Positions 34,011 through 34,678 of a stretch of 34,678 nt of DNA are shown piece after piece. The notes beneath the pieces are model-generated. The model was not told where the DNA came from, did no database searches, and saw only the letters and a program-made list of their open reading frames with translations. A program made the translations under genes and the position numbers. How positions within the stretch are numbered: position 1 is the stretch's first letter; every line of letters starts with the position of its first letter. The stretch lies in IMG/VR virus record IMGVR_UViG_3300044507_000051, positions 1 to 34,678 of that record; one strand, written 5' to 3'. Origin of the DNA: a virus (taxonomy: Duplodnaviria; Caudoviricetes).

Positions 34011-34661
34011 ATGGCTATTACCGCAATTTCTAGAGACTGGGGAATTGACCCGCAAATCGTTCGAGTTGTTACGACAGATACTTTGGCAACTATTATTGCA
34101 ACGGGATATATTACGTCACAAGCCACTGCTATTGCAGCATTGAATAATGGCGCCTTTCAATGGCGGGCTGATGACGAAGTTTTAATAAGTTATGCTGGTG
34201 GTCAAGGATTTTTTACCTATGATGCCACTAATTTAACGTTTGCTATGTCTGCGGCTAGTCTTATTGCTCAAGTTAAACTTACTAGTGCGCAAATTCTTGG
34301 AATGTCAGCAGCTCCAGTTCTTCTTCTTGCAGCACCTGGCGCTAACAAGATGATTATTCTGAACAAACTAAGTTTCACATATCTATATGGCGGCGTGGCT
34401 TATGCAGCTGGTGGGGCAATTGGTTTAGAATGGGCAAATACAGCTGCATTAGCTGGCCCTGCGGCAAGTACAACTTTAGCTGCTGCTACTTTTAATGGAT
34501 ATGTTGCAAGCAATAATTTTGAACTCACACCAGATAATACCGACACTTTGGCTAATATGATAAATCAAGCGGTTTACATTTCTAATGCAACAGCTGCATT
34601 TACCACTGGTACCGGAACTTTAATTGCTAACCTCAATTACAATATTGTTAATGCAGCATAA
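34011..34661 (+). CDS. Head fibre/decoration-like protein, paralog 3
   Basis: MAITAISRDWG N-domain fused directly to the shared C-domain. Confidence 0.7.
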   Translation: MAITAISRDWGIDPQIVRVVTTDTLATIIATGYITSQATAIAALNNGAFQWRADDEVLISYAGGQGFFTYDATNLTFAMSAASLIAQVKLTSAQILGMSAAPVLLLAAPGANKMIILNKLSFTYLYGGVAYAAGGAIGLEWANTAALAGPAASTTLAAATFNGYVASNNFELTPDNTDTLANMINQAVYISNATAAFTTGTGTLIANLNYNIVNAA

Positions 34662-34678
34662 TAAAGGACTCTAAAAAT
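34533..34678. repeat. Terminal direct repeat, right copy
   Basis: Matches 1-146. Confidence 0.97.

Larger units (their letters stand above)
1..34678. mobile_element. Complete P22-like podovirus genome (possibly plasmid-like when latent)
   Basis: Full head, tail, ejection and lysis modules; terminal overlap; no host genes or tape measure protein. Confidence 0.92.

Noticed and set aside
12812-34661. Stop-codon reassignment, introns or inteins in core genes
   Set aside because: Terminase, portal, coat and tail genes are intact and normally sized in code 11

Overview
This window is an apparently complete ~34.5-kb P22-like podovirus genome (circular unit 34,532 bp; bases 1-146 repeat 34533-34678). 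The leftward early arm carries ERF, a YqaJ exonuclease, an AlpA-like HTH and many small ORFs. The rightward arm carries a small DNA-binding gene and a putative replication initiator with iteron-like repeats. These are followed by a VRR-NUC nuclease, a second leftward early operon containing a RepL-type HTH gene, and the late operon (TerS, TerL, portal, scaffold, coat, gp4/gp10-like tail proteins, three ejection proteins, tail fibres plus chaperone, three paralogous head fibre/decoration-like proteins, basic micropeptides, lysin and a membrane protein). I see no integrase, CI-type repressor, DNA polymerase, tRNA or CRISPR array. The most notable signals are: a double-glycine-leader microcin-like precursor next to an immunity-like membrane protein; plasmid-like replication control (an antisense promoter over the rep leader plus a separate repL cassette); a hidden RNA polymerase alpha-CTD-like ORF; a hairpin occluding the coat SD; an antisense sieA-position micro-gene; and C->T-only mismatches at the contig start. 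All family calls come from motif recognition by eye, not database searches.
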